From Candidatus Kaiserbacteria bacterium (GTDB lineage: Bacteria; Patescibacteriota; Minisyncoccia; Phycocordibacterales; UBA918): DNA of 64,000 nt. Positions 28,095 to 37,924 of the stretch are shown here, piece after piece. The stretch covers positions 11,710 to 75,709 of the forward strand of contig JACQKD010000009.1 of the NCBI GenBank assembly GCA_016204695.1, given 5' to 3'. Positions within the stretch are counted from its first letter, which is position 1; each line of letters starts with the position of its first letter. Under the pieces are notes generated by a model that ran no database searches, had not been told where the DNA came from, and worked only from the letters and a program-made list of their open reading frames with translations. The translations under genes were made by a program, and so were the position numbers.

Positions 28095-28781
28095 TCAGGT
28101 ACCCTGGCCGAGTTCTTTATTTATTGGCCTGCCCCAGGCACAGGGGCCGGTTAAGGCGCATTGTGAAGCGGTCCACTCGCGGATCCCTTGGTTCACAAGC
28201 GCAAAAAATTTAGGAACACCTAGGAATGTTGTCGGGAGAAGAATCGCTCCTCTGCGATTCCAAATTACCCCTACGCCGACGATTGTACATCCCAGACCCT
28301 CGAGCAGTCTGACAACCTTCAATATCGATCCGCCGGTGTTTAAGACACCGTCCACAACTAGTACTCGTCTTCCGGCGAGTAGCCGTGCGTCGCGATGCCT
28401 AAACGCAAACCCTCCGGTCTCCGCGTAACACCGCCTACCGCGACCTTCCGGGTCGGGGATCCTCACGGTTTCTTTACGGGCGGTTACCTCGACCACCTTC
28501 GTGCTACTTGAAAACGAAAGGTGGGAAGCGATTACATGCCCCGTAATGATCCCTGCTGTTTCGGGAGCCACTACGGCCTCCACATCATCTGTGAGAAAGC
28601 GTTGGGCAATTTCATCGTAGAGGAGGGAGGTCTCCTCTACGAGTGTGTGCAGAGTACGGACGTCAATATAGGTTTCGCCATGTCTTTCCTCCCCGTGCTC
28701 TTTGTTGGTGTATACAAAATGGCTGCCTGTGACGATTGCTCCGGTTTGTTCCAATATGGCGATAACGCCTTCTGTCTTCAT
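28095..28781 (-). CDS. Orotate phosphoribosyltransferase-like (type I PRTase) protein
   Basis: GAIVTGSHFVYT..HGETYID, PRPP loop VLVVDGVLNTGGS; strong SD (GAGGAGAGG). Confidence 0.8.
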   Translation of the reverse strand: MKTEGVIAILEQTGAIVTGSHFVYTNKEHGEERHGETYIDVRTLHTLVEETSLLYDEIAQRFLTDDVEAVVAPETAGIITGHVIASHLSFSSSTKVVEVTARKETVRIPDPEGRGRRCYAETGGFAFRHRDARLLAGRRVLVVDGVLNTGGSILKVVRLLEGLGCTIVGVGVIWNRRGAILLPTTFLGVPKFFALVNQGIREWTASQCALTGPCAWGRPINKELGQGT

Positions 28782-28892
28782 TGCCTCTCCTCATGTCAAG
28801 TAGACGTGTGCTGGGCCGCCAGACCGACAAGAATCTCCCGCTTCTGAGACTCTAGAGTATGGGAAGGAGTCGGAAAAGCAAGTAAAAGGTAG

Positions 28893-29588
28893 TCAGTTAG
28901 GCACCGAATACTTCAGATGGAGATATGAGTGGTCGAGTTTGATGACCGATTCGAGCTTCAGTGGTCTGATTTTGAATAGTTCTTCAGGGGTATGGAGTGA
29001 TTCGCCGTCCATAAGTGTCGAAGTATCTTTGCCGCCGATCATGAGGGGCGCGATGACAATCGAGATGTAGTCGACCAATCCTCCTCGTATAAATTCGGCA
29101 TTGAGCGTTCCGCCGGATTGGATCGTTAGTTTGTCCACGCCGAAGTTTTCTTTCAGTTTCGAGAATAAGTCTTGGAAATCGATGTCCCTTTCATATGAGA
29201 GTATCTCTACGTTACCCGGACCATCTTTCAGTGCATACGCTGGATGTTCGACGTTTGTAGTCACGAGAATCAATTGCTTCGCTTTCTGCGCAAGATAACG
29301 AACGCCGTTCTCGTTCAGGTGGGGTTTGTTGTCAATGACGATGAATGTCACCGGCAGTTTTTTTGGAACGTCAATCCTTTCGTTAAAGCCGATTTTTGCG
29401 AACACGCGGCCGGAGTTTAGGGAAAACAAGTCGGTCTGTTGTTCAAGGTTGTAATATTGATGCAATCCCTCTTTTGCTCCGGTGATTTTCGGCAGATCCG
29501 AGTCAACGTCCATCACATCCGTATCGCCGGTGGATATTTTCCCGTCGACGGACATCAGCATAAAAAGAGTAGTAACAGGTCTGTTCAT
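28893..29588 (-). CDS. RibD C-terminal / dihydrofolate reductase family protein
   Basis: MLMSVDGKIS, QSGGTLN, GLVDYISIVIAPLMIGG; start overlaps the ruvB stop. Confidence 0.87.
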   Translation of the reverse strand: MNRPVTTLFMLMSVDGKISTGDTDVMDVDSDLPKITGAKEGLHQYYNLEQQTDLFSLNSGRVFAKIGFNERIDVPKKLPVTFIVIDNKPHLNENGVRYLAQKAKQLILVTTNVEHPAYALKDGPGNVEILSYERDIDFQDLFSKLKENFGVDKLTIQSGGTLNAEFIRGGLVDYISIVIAPLMIGGKDTSTLMDGESLHTPEELFKIRPLKLESVIKLDHSYLHLKYSVPN

Positions 29589-30601
29589 GTATTTTGTATA
29601 TGCGCGTGTGCGGCGGCGGTGGCGACGCGGCCGCGGGGGGTGCGCTCGATGAGGCCTTGGCGGATGAGGTAGGGCTCAAGCACATCTTCGATGGTTGCCA
29701 TCTCTTCGCCGGTCGCGGCCGCGAGCGTGTTGAGGCCGACCGGCCCGCCGTTGAACTTATGCACGATGGCGCGCAGAAGCTGTCGGTCGGGGCCGTGGAG
29801 GCCGAGCGTGTCGATGTCGAGGAGTCCGAAGGTGCGCGAGACGATGTCGTCCGAGATGTCCGCGCCCTCAATCTGCGCGAGGTCGCGGGCGCGTTTGAGG
29901 AGATAGTTTGCGGTGCGCGGGGTGGCGCGGCTCCGCGAGGCGATTCCTTTGAGCGTCTCTTTTTCCGTCTGGACGCCGAGCATTTTTGCCGAGCGGTCGA
30001 GGATGGAGACGATTTCATCATCGGAATAAAACTCAAGCCGGAACGTGCCGCCGGAGAAGCGCGAGCGAAGCGGCGCGGAAATGAGTGAGACGCGCGTGGT
30101 CGCGGCGACGAGTGTGAACGGGGGAAGGTCGAGCTGTACGGTGCGCGCCGACGGGCCTTTGCCGATGATGATGTCGAGCACGCCCGACTCCATCGCGGGG
30201 TAGAGGACTTCCTCAATGGTTTTCGGAAGCCGGTGGATTTCGTCGATGAAAAGAATGTCTCCCGGGGAGAGATTGGAGAGGATGGCGGCAAGGTCGCCGA
30301 CCCGCTCAATGGCGGGGCCGCTTGTCACGCGCATGTTGGTGCCGAGTGTGCCCGAGATGAGATGCGCGAGCGTGGTCTTGCCAAGTCCCGGAGGGCCATA
30401 GAGCAGGATGTGCTCGGCCGCTTGTCCGCGCTCGCGCGCCGCCGTGAGCAAAATCCGCAAGTTTTCTTTTACCTTCGCCTGCCCGACATACTCGTCCCAT
30501 GTCTTCGGCCGCAACGTCTGGTCGAGATGCGCCCCGTCCCCGCGTTCATACACTGGGGATGCTAGAGGATCAGCATTTTTCTCATCCTTCTCCTTTTTCA
30601 T
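29585..30601 (-). CDS. ruvB: Holliday junction branch-migration ATPase RuvB
   Basis: LRPKTWDEYVGQ, GPPGLGKTTLA, FIDEIHRL, LYPAMES, ERTPRGR. Confidence 0.97.
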   Translation of the reverse strand: MKKEKDEKNADPLASPVYERGDGAHLDQTLRPKTWDEYVGQAKVKENLRILLTAARERGQAAEHILLYGPPGLGKTTLAHLISGTLGTNMRVTSGPAIERVGDLAAILSNLSPGDILFIDEIHRLPKTIEEVLYPAMESGVLDIIIGKGPSARTVQLDLPPFTLVAATTRVSLISAPLRSRFSGGTFRLEFYSDDEIVSILDRSAKMLGVQTEKETLKGIASRSRATPRTANYLLKRARDLAQIEGADISDDIVSRTFGLLDIDTLGLHGPDRQLLRAIVHKFNGGPVGLNTLAAATGEEMATIEDVLEPYLIRQGLIERTPRGRVATAAAHAHIQNT

Positions 30602-30630
30602 ACCAGAACTATAACGTGTCAGAGGATTAC

Positions 30631-30659
30631 TTGACAAATAGAAATATCTGTGCTATCCT
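30631..30659 (+). promoter_or_regulatory. sigma70 promoter for a small orphan gene
   Basis: TTGACA-17 nt-TATCCT with TG extension. Confidence 0.7.
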
Positions 30660-30732
30660 GAACACTAGGAATCAGTGGCCCTACATTCCGTAGGGTTGGC
30701 AATAACATCTCTCATATCAGAGGAGAAGAGAG

Positions 30733-30984
30733 ATGGAAACCATGGCAACGATCGTTATTGGCGGCCCCGCTCCAGTTGTCCGTCTCGTGACCGGCACTCC
30801 GGAGTACATCACTGATGAGTTCCGCAGGGAGCTCGAGGCGGCCGGATGGCCTCCAGGCTTCCTCATCGCCCAAGGGACGGGCGATGAAGCTAGGGCTCTC
30901 GACGAGCTCTGGCAAGGGGACTACCGGTGGCCGGTGTGCATGCCGGCTGGAGAGTGTCCCTATTGTCGGCAGGTAGTCAGTTAA
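30733..30984 (+). CDS. Small hypothetical protein with a C-terminal Cys cluster
   Basis: Own promoter, SD (AGAGGAG), C-x5-C-x2-C (CMPAGECPYC), downstream hairpins at 30991-31060. Confidence 0.6.
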   Translation: METMATIVIGGPAPVVRLVTGTPEYITDEFRRELEAAGWPPGFLIAQGTGDEARALDELWQGDYRWPVCMPAGECPYCRQVVS

Positions 30985-31070
30985 AAGGTTCGGGGAGTAC
31001 CTGATGCACACACTGCATCAAAAGCTCCCCAAGCCCCCGGCATCTGCGCTGTGGGGTTTTTATATTTTGC

Positions 31071-31099
31071 TTGACTCCGAATAGTGCCTAGGATACTAT
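31071..31099 (+). promoter_or_regulatory. sigma70 promoter of tuf-rpsJ
   Basis: TTGACT-17 nt-TACTAT. Confidence 0.7.
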
Positions 31100-31173
31100 A
31101 GCGGCACTGAATTGCGCTTTCGGCGTGTTCGTTGGTAAGCAAGTTTTATTATTTTTTTATTTCAAATCTTTAT

Positions 31174-32370
31174 ATGGCAGCAGCTACATTTGATCGATCG
31201 AAGCCGCACGTAAACGTCGGCACCATCGGTCACGTCGATCATGGTAAGACCACACTCACCGCGGCTATTCTCGCTGTACTTAACGCCAAGGGTGAGGGGT
31301 ATGCGGCAAATACCAAGGGCGTTGACGAAATCGACAAAGCGCCGGAAGAGAAGGCGCGCGGTATTACCATTTCCCTCTCACACTCCGAGTACGAAACGCC
31401 GAATCGCCACTACGCGCACATCGACGCGCCGGGCCATGCCGACTACATCAAGAACATGATTACCGGCGCCGCGCAGATGGACGGCGCAGTGCTCGTGGTT
31501 GCCGCCTCCGACGGTGCGATGCCGCAGACGCGCGAACACGTACTCCTGGCGCGGCAAGTGGGCGTGCCGAAGATCATCGTCTTTCTCAACAAGGTGGACA
31601 TGGTTGACGATGAGGAAATGATCATGCTCGTTGAGGAAGAGCTCCGCGAACTCCTTGATAAGAACGGCTACGACGGCAAGAACGCACCGATCATCAAAGG
31701 TTCGGGTCTCAAGGCGCTTGAGGATCCGACCGGCGACTGGGGCAAGAAAGTGCTTGAGCTCGTTGATGCGATGGATACGTACTTCCCGATTCCGGTGCGC
31801 GACCTTGAAAAGCCGTTCCTGATGCCGATTGAAGACATCTTCTCCATTGAAGGACGCGGGACGGTGGTGACCGGACGCGTTGAACGCGGCAAGGTGAAAG
31901 TTGGCGAGGAAGTGGAGATTGTCGGTATCAAGCCGACGTCGAAGACCACGGTGACCGGCGTCGAAATGTTCAACAAACAACTTGACCAGGCGCAGGCGGG
32001 CGACAACGCCGGCGTGCTCCTTCGCGGCACTGCAAAGGACGATGTACACCGCGGACAGGTGCTTGCGGCGAAGGGCTCGGTCAATCCACATACGGAATTT
32101 GAAGCGGAGGTATACATTCTCTCGAAAGATGAAGGAGGCCGCCACACGCCGTTCTTCTCCGGATACAAGCCGCAGTTCTACATCCGCACGACGGACGTGA
32201 CCGGCGACGTGACGCTGAACGAAGGCGTTGAAATGGTAATGCCGGGCGACACCGTCACGTTTAAGGTGAAGCTCGTCGCACCGGTGGCGCTCGAAGAGCA
32301 GACGCGCTTTGCGATCCGCGAGGGCGGCAAGACCGTCGGCGCAGGCGTGGTGACGAAGATCATCGCCTAA
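31174..32370 (+). CDS. tuf: Elongation factor Tu
   Basis: [43 protein letters not shown]. Confidence 0.99.
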   Translation: MAAATFDRSKPHVNVGTIGHVDHGKTTLTAAILAVLNAKGEGYAANTKGVDEIDKAPEEKARGITISLSHSEYETPNRHYAHIDAPGHADYIKNMITGAAQMDGAVLVVAASDGAMPQTREHVLLARQVGVPKIIVFLNKVDMVDDEEMIMLVEEELRELLDKNGYDGKNAPIIKGSGLKALEDPTGDWGKKVLELVDAMDTYFPIPVRDLEKPFLMPIEDIFSIEGRGTVVTGRVERGKVKVGEEVEIVGIKPTSKTTVTGVEMFNKQLDQAQAGDNAGVLLRGTAKDDVHRGQVLAAKGSVNPHTEFEAEVYILSKDEGGRHTPFFSGYKPQFYIRTTDVTGDVTLNEGVEMVMPGDTVTFKVKLVAPVALEEQTRFAIREGGKTVGAGVVTKIIA

Positions 32371-32412
32371 CGGCTAAGGAGGAGGATAGAGACGGCGGAC
32401 ACGACAGTACTT

Positions 32413-32793
32413 ATGGCAACCAAAACAACAGAGAAGCCCGTAAAACGCCCGAGACAGGCGCGGAAAGCCGTGTCCGCGGACGGCGAGATTCAGAAACTGC
32501 GTATTCGCGTGCGCGCATACGAACACAAGATTCTCGACGCGTCGGTGAAGCAGATTATAGATACGGCGCTTCGCTTCGACGCGAAGGTTGTCGGACCGAT
32601 TCCCCTGCCGACCCAGCTCAAAAAATACACGGTCAACCGCTCCGCATTCATCTACAAAGATGCGCGCGAGCAGTTTGAGATGCGGATCCATTGCCGGGTG
32701 ATCGATATTCTGAATCCTCCGCCGAAAGTCATCGAAGCGCTGACCAATCTCTCGTTACCTTCCGGCGTCAGTATCGATGTGAAAATGATGTGA
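32413..32793 (+). CDS. rpsJ: 30S ribosomal protein S10
   Basis: LRIRVRAYEH, GPIPLPT, KDAREQFEMRIH. Confidence 0.97.
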   Translation: MATKTTEKPVKRPRQARKAVSADGEIQKLRIRVRAYEHKILDASVKQIIDTALRFDAKVVGPIPLPTQLKKYTVNRSAFIYKDAREQFEMRIHCRVIDILNPPPKVIEALTNLSLPSGVSIDVKMM

Positions 32794-32803
32794 TTTTGCA
32801 AAC

Positions 32804-32846
32804 AGAGAAAAACCGGTGCGGCCGAAGGCCGCACCGGTTTTTCTCT
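32804..32846. terminator. Perfect 20-bp hairpin with GAA loop between convergent genes
   Basis: AGAGAAAAACCGGTGCGGCC-GAA-GGCCGCACCGGTTTTTCTCT. Confidence 0.8.
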
Positions 32847-32872
32847 TTTGGCACCTTCTTCCATGGCGGCCG

Positions 32873-33796
32873 TTATGTTGCGGTCCGTGCCGGCGAGAGG
32901 GGAAGGGTAACCGTGAATGTCGTGCCTTTTCCGGGTTCGCTATCAAAGGTGATTGTGCCGCCGTGCTGCTCAATGATATTTTTCGTGATATAGAGGCCGA
33001 GGCCCACGCCGCCCGTATGCATGTCGAGCGCTTCTCGCGTTCGGCGGAATTTCTTGAATATGTCACCCTGCTTTTCTCGAAGGATGCCGATGCCGGAGTC
33101 TGCGACAGTATAGACGAACGAGTCGCCTCTGCGCTCCGTACCGACGCGGATCGTTCCTCCCGACGGCGTGTAGTGGAAGGCGTTGTCGACGAGGTTGGCG
33201 ACCGCAATCTCAATCATGGCTTCGTCGCCCGAAAGCGGCGTTGCGCCGAAGCCGAGTGCTCGCTCGAGCCGGATGTTTTTTTCGGCAAAGCGCTTCTCCG
33301 CTTCATCGAGTACGGATGTGACGAGCGGTTCGATCTCGATCGGGGTGATGGTGTACTCGCGGTAGCCGGCTTCGGCGTCGACGAAATGGAGGAGCTCGTC
33401 GATCAGACGGGTCATTTTTCCCGCGCTCTCGAGCGTGTTGCGCACCTGTTCCTTCTGCTTTTCGGTAAGTTCGCCGTAGGTGCCGTCAAGGATGTTTTCT
33501 ATCGCCCACTTGATCTCGGTTACCGGCGTGCGCAACTGGTGGGAGGCCACGCTCACGAAATCGTTTTTTGCTTCGAGTGAACGTTGGAGTCGGATGTTCT
33601 GGTCGGACAGTTCAAGGTTTTTCTCGACGAGTTGCCGCGCGGTCTTCTCGACGAGATCACTCTTTTCAGCGAGCAATTTCTTGAAATGACCGATTCGCAA
33701 TCGTCCGATCACGAAGCCGACGACAAGACCGGCAGTTCCAATGACAGCCAAAACGAGTACCGGAAAAGGGTCAAAATTCAAAAACGTCGTTCCCAT
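32873..33796 (-). CDS. Histidine kinase (one TM, HisKA plus HATPase_c)
   Basis: H-box ASHQLRTP, NLVDNA, DSGIG, GVGLGL, GKGTTF. Confidence 0.94.
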   Translation of the reverse strand: MGTTFLNFDPFPVLVLAVIGTAGLVVGFVIGRLRIGHFKKLLAEKSDLVEKTARQLVEKNLELSDQNIRLQRSLEAKNDFVSVASHQLRTPVTEIKWAIENILDGTYGELTEKQKEQVRNTLESAGKMTRLIDELLHFVDAEAGYREYTITPIEIEPLVTSVLDEAEKRFAEKNIRLERALGFGATPLSGDEAMIEIAVANLVDNAFHYTPSGGTIRVGTERRGDSFVYTVADSGIGILREKQGDIFKKFRRTREALDMHTGGVGLGLYITKNIIEQHGGTITFDSEPGKGTTFTVTLPLSPARTAT

Positions 33797-33808
33797 AGCG
33801 GGGGGTTG

Positions 33809-34198
33809 TTATGTTTCTCCGAGTATAGTCCGCACCTTTTCGACAACATCGCGCGGATTGACATTCGCTTTGATGAGATATGCGACGGCGCCCATGCCGA
33901 GTCCTTTATCGATATCTTTCTGCTGGCCGAAATTCGACAGGATGACAACGGGTATGCTTTTCATCCGCGGATCCGCTTTCATTTTTTCAAGCACCGCGAA
34001 TCCGTCCATTTGGGGAAGCAGGAGATCAAGTAAGAGCAGATCAGGCTTTGCTTTTTCCATTGCAGCCAGTCCGTCCTCCGCCATGACGCAGGCGGCGACG
34101 TCGTATCCCTCCCCGGTCAACTTGTCGACGATCATTTGCTGTATCAGAGGATCGTCCTCAATGATGAGAATGTGTTTCTTTTGGGGTGCGTCTGTCAT
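33809..34198 (-). CDS. Stand-alone response regulator receiver
   Basis: IIEDD, LLDLLLPQMDG, LSN, YLIK; no output domain. Confidence 0.93.
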   Translation of the reverse strand: MTDAPQKKHILIIEDDPLIQQMIVDKLTGEGYDVAACVMAEDGLAAMEKAKPDLLLLDLLLPQMDGFAVLEKMKADPRMKSIPVVILSNFGQQKDIDKGLGMGAVAYLIKANVNPRDVVEKVRTILGET

Positions 34199-34216
34199 AT
34201 ATATTCGTGGAACGCG

Positions 34217-35410
34217 TCACTCTCCGATTATTGCGAGGGAAATGGATTGTTCGTAGAAGCCCGGATCGCAGGTGTTGACGCTCGTATCCTTGACGCCAAG
34301 CGGCGCAATCTGGCCATACGAGTAAAAGCCGAAGATGTGGCCGGCTTCTCCCATCATGTTCTTTACCGCCTGGAATTCTTCCTCGCGGCGCTCGCCGAAG
34401 AGGATTTTGCGCGCGACGCAGTCCGAGACGAAAGCGACTCGCGGTTGTGCTTCTTTTGTTTCAACGGAAAGCCGCTCGGTGGTGGCTTCCGCGGCGCTAA
34501 GGGCGCTCTCGATCGTGCCGATCATGAGCGAAATCGAGCTTCCTTCGATCACCTCCGCGCCGCACACGATCGAGCCGTCGTCTTGCACGGCAAGCGGAAC
34601 GCGGATCATATAGGCGTCCATATCGGCGACTTTCATGCCGAGCGGATAGCTCACCGCGGCGAGCGAGAGCGTCTTTTTGAAATCACCGGCGCGGTCGCCG
34701 AAGTAATCTTCATAAATCGCGAATGCCGGCTTGCCGTCGAGCTCATAGAGCGTCGTTCCTTTTGCCTTCGTGACCGTACGCGGATTGCCGACCGGTTGCC
34801 AGCCGTGGTCGGCGCCGACCGCGTAGATCACGTCGCCGCTGATCGCGAATCCGACCGCGGCATTGCCGAGCACCTCGTCATTGTAGTACTGGGAGGTCTT
34901 TTTGAAGTTCATGTCGTCCGCCGCCGCGCCGCCCATGAGCGGGAAGTTGGCGCCGAGCGTGCCGAGCACGCCGCGCACCAGTTCCGTGCCGTTGCCGGCA
35001 AGCGCGTCGGAGAAGATAAACGCCACCTTTGCGTTGCCGCCCGGCGCATTTTTGACCGCATCCGCGAATTTTTCACCGCCCGCCCGGATGTTCTCCGAAA
35101 GCCCTTCGACTTTGATGGGATGAAAGGAGAGCTTGTCCGACTGCAGGACGAGCACGGCGACCGATTGCTCATGCAGGCCGTAGTCGGTGATGGTGCCAGC
35201 GGTCGTACAGCCGATGAGCGGCGTGCCGCCGAGTGCTTCGCGCACGCCTTTGAGCAAGTCCTCTTGCGAGTACAGCGATGAGGCCATCAGTACCGCGAAG
35301 TCCGCTTTCTCAAGCCCCGCTTTCTCAAGCGCCTGTTTTGCCGCTTCCGTCCCTGCGGCGTACGCGTTCTGGTTTTGCGTACTAAGGCCGATGCCAATCT
35401 TGAGTGCCAT
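34217..35410 (-). CDS. FIST N/FIST C signal-transduction protein
   Basis: IGCTTAG, GGAAAD, HGWQPVG, LYELDGKPA, YPLG, DCVAR, GFYSYGQI. Confidence 0.9.
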   Translation of the reverse strand: MALKIGIGLSTQNQNAYAAGTEAAKQALEKAGLEKADFAVLMASSLYSQEDLLKGVREALGGTPLIGCTTAGTITDYGLHEQSVAVLVLQSDKLSFHPIKVEGLSENIRAGGEKFADAVKNAPGGNAKVAFIFSDALAGNGTELVRGVLGTLGANFPLMGGAAADDMNFKKTSQYYNDEVLGNAAVGFAISGDVIYAVGADHGWQPVGNPRTVTKAKGTTLYELDGKPAFAIYEDYFGDRAGDFKKTLSLAAVSYPLGMKVADMDAYMIRVPLAVQDDGSIVCGAEVIEGSSISLMIGTIESALSAAEATTERLSVETKEAQPRVAFVSDCVARKILFGERREEEFQAVKNMMGEAGHIFGFYSYGQIAPLGVKDTSVNTCDPGFYEQSISLAIIGE

Positions 35411-35571
35411 GATGTTATGTATATAAGATAGTAATGATGCCTTCATACTAGCATGCGAAGGATGCGAAGACTTCTTGGTTGAGGTCTGGTGGGGATACAG
35501 ATCCCCATCTAATAATGGTATAGTCAATCTGCAAGGATGTTTTATAAGGGTTACCGTTTTACGACAGGGAC

Positions 35572-36006
35572 ATGTCAATTGAGGGTCACGACAATCAACA
35601 CGTACCGTCTGAACCAAGTACGGAAGCGTATCGAGCAGGCAACTATAGTCTGGATCCGGAGCTGATTGTGAGAAGAGACGAACTGGTTGTAAAAAGGAAA
35701 AGTGAGATTCAAGAGGCCTTACTGAAAAGGATGCACGATATCAGAGCGATTTTAGATTGGAGGTCGGGTAAAGGAGACGCAGTTCTACTCGATACAGTTG
35801 GAGATGTTATGCTCGGGGAAAGGGCGGGGATACGACGCGACGTGCTCGCTCATGGAAAGCTTTCCGACATCTTTACGGAGATCGGTAAAGAGCTGGGGAT
35901 TCGTACCGATTCAGGAGGGACGGATGTGGGGGCGATTGGCATGTCGGCTATAGACACGGTGTTGGAAGGCATGCTGAACCGTCGTAGTGGGGCGGATCGA
36001 AACTGA
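35572..36006 (+). CDS. Hypothetical protein
   Basis: 144-aa ORF filling the gap between FIST and the rplC promoter. Confidence 0.55.
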   Translation: MSIEGHDNQHVPSEPSTEAYRAGNYSLDPELIVRRDELVVKRKSEIQEALLKRMHDIRAILDWRSGKGDAVLLDTVGDVMLGERAGIRRDVLAHGKLSDIFTEIGKELGIRTDSGGTDVGAIGMSAIDTVLEGMLNRRSGADRN

Positions 36007-36092
36007 CTTGCATTGTTGGTCGCCATCTGTATAATGCTCTTAGCCTTTAGAAGACCTACGTCTCCGCCATCTTCGATGGGGAAACCAATGGG

Positions 36093-36138
36093 CAGAAAAC
36101 CGCACGAGCGGGCTTTTGCCCGCTCGTGCGGTTTTCTG
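36093..36138. repeat. Perfect 21-bp hairpin in the rplC leader
   Basis: CAGAAAACCGCACGAGCGGGC-TTTT-GCCCGCTCGTGCGGTTTTCTG, downstream of TTGCAT-16-TATAAT (36008-36035). Confidence 0.8.
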
Positions 36139-36161
36139 TCCGCTACATCTTCCGCTATATC

Positions 36162-36785
36162 GTGAAATTCATTTTGGGAACAAAACAGCGCATGACCCAA
36201 GTCTTTAACGAGGCTGGTGTCGTGTATCCGGCCACCGTCCTGCGTGTCGAGCCGGGCATTGTCTCACAAGTGAAAACGGTCGAGAAGGACGGCTACGCCG
36301 CAGTACAGATCGCCTCCGGCGCTACAAAAGAGAAGCGTATGTCCAGAGCTCAAGTGGGTCATCTCGGCGGCGCCTACGCGCGCGTCAGAGAGTACCGCCC
36401 ACGGCGAGCCGGTGAAACTATCGAAGCGGTGGAAAAGGGTTCTGCGGTGACCGTGGACATGTTTGCGGTAGGCGACATCGTGACCGTCTCGGCGATTTCA
36501 AAGAGCAAAGGGTTTCAAGGCGTCGTCAAGCGGCATGGTTTCCATGGCGACAAAGCGTCGCACGGCCGCAAGCACTCCATGCGCGCGCCGGGATCGATTG
36601 GCGGCGGCGGCCGGGATGGCGGGCGCGTCATCAAGGGTATGCGCATGGCCGGCCGCATGGGGGGCGATCGAGTGACCGTTAAGAACCTCAAAGTGGTCGC
36701 CGTCGATCCGGCGAGCAATCTCTTGCTTATCTCGGGGGCCGTGCCGGGCCGCCCGGGAACGGTGGTCGAAATACGAGGCGCGTAG
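36162..36785 (+). CDS. rplC: 50S ribosomal protein L3
   Basis: GTG start, GTKQRMTQVF, DGYAAVQI, KGFQGVVKRHGF, RMAGRMG. Confidence 0.97.
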   Translation: MKFILGTKQRMTQVFNEAGVVYPATVLRVEPGIVSQVKTVEKDGYAAVQIASGATKEKRMSRAQVGHLGGAYARVREYRPRRAGETIEAVEKGSAVTVDMFAVGDIVTVSAISKSKGFQGVVKRHGFHGDKASHGRKHSMRAPGSIGGGGRDGGRVIKGMRMAGRMGGDRVTVKNLKVVAVDPASNLLLISGAVPGRPGTVVEIRGA

Positions 36786-36798
36786 TCATATTTTGCAT

Positions 36799-37539
36799 AT
36801 GCAGGCAATAACATACAACAAAGAAGGTAAGGAAACGGGGAAGGTGGAACTTCCGGAGAGCGTCTTCGGCCTGCCATGGAATGCGGATCTTGTTCATGGC
36901 GTAGTGCTTGCCATGCAGGGTAATGCCCGCGCGGGCACGGCGCATACCAAGAACCGCGGCGAAGTGCGGGGTAGCGGCCGCAAGCCGTGGCGCCAGAAGG
37001 GTACCGGCCGAGCCCGCGCGGGTTCCAAGCGCTCCCCGATCTGGCGCGGCGGCGGCATCTCGCACGGTCCGCGCACCGAAAAAGACTACTCGCGTGCGCT
37101 CAATCGCAACGTCCGCGCCAAAGCGCTCGGTGTCACCCTCTCCCAGAAGCTTCGCGACGACGAGATCATCTTCCTTGATGAGTTTTCGTTCGGTTCGCCG
37201 AAAGCGAAAGACGCGAAGGCGGTACTTGTTGCGGTAAGCGGCATTGGCGGCAAGGGAGCGCTTGCCACAAAGCGCAGAAATGCGGCACTGCTTGTTCTGC
37301 CTCTGCGTGACGAGCATGTTGAAAAAAGCTTCCGCAACTTCGGCAACATGGCGGTCAGTCAGGCAAAGGACATCAATCCTGTCGACCTTCTTTCATACAA
37401 GTATGTCGTGCTTGCGGGCGCCGACGCCATCATCAAACAGCTCTCCGACCGCGTCGCGACCAAGGCAACAAAGGCGACCAAGAACAAGACAGAGGACGAG
37501 ACCAAGAAGCGTTCGGTACCAGTTGTAGCAAAAAAGTAA
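36799..37539 (+). CDS. rplD: 50S ribosomal protein L4
   Basis: [30 protein letters not shown]. Confidence 0.97.
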   Translation: MQAITYNKEGKETGKVELPESVFGLPWNADLVHGVVLAMQGNARAGTAHTKNRGEVRGSGRKPWRQKGTGRARAGSKRSPIWRGGGISHGPRTEKDYSRALNRNVRAKALGVTLSQKLRDDEIIFLDEFSFGSPKAKDAKAVLVAVSGIGGKGALATKRRNAALLVLPLRDEHVEKSFRNFGNMAVSQAKDINPVDLLSYKYVVLAGADAIIKQLSDRVATKATKATKNKTEDETKKRSVPVVAKK

Positions 37540-37548
37540 TCACACACC

Positions 37549-37908
37549 ATGGCACTCTTCGGACGAAAAAAAGCATCGACACCGGCAAGCGCGCAATCCG
37601 CGAAGTCTGCGGTCGCGCGCGTCGACCGCGATCTCTCGCAGGTCCTCTTGCGACCGCGCGTCACGGAGAAGTCGGCGCGTCTGAATGAGCAAAACGCGTA
37701 CACGTTCCTCGTCCGCAAGGGCGCGACCAAGTACGACGTACGCGATGCGGTACGACAGATCTTCAACGTGACCCCACGCAAGATCACGATCGTCAACCGC
37801 ACTCCCCGCACGACGCATCTGCGTTCTCGCAGTCGCACCGTGACGGAGCCGGGCATGCGGAAGGCACACATCTTTCTTAAAAAGGGCGATCGCATCGATC
37901 TCGCATAG
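37549..37908 (+). CDS. rplW: 50S ribosomal protein L23
   Basis: RPRVTEKS, YTFLV..ATK, RKAHIFLKKG. Confidence 0.95.
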   Translation: MALFGRKKASTPASAQSAKSAVARVDRDLSQVLLRPRVTEKSARLNEQNAYTFLVRKGATKYDVRDAVRQIFNVTPRKITIVNRTPRTTHLRSRSRTVTEPGMRKAHIFLKKGDRIDLA

Positions 37909-37924
37909 CTTTTGACTATCAGGT

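Noticed and set aside
34136-35281. Long alternative-frame ORFs (also 6600-7493, 16328-17050, 50875-52101, 53214-54116, 56765-57700)
   Set aside because: They shadow well-supported genes in GC-rich DNA and carry no recognisable motifs.
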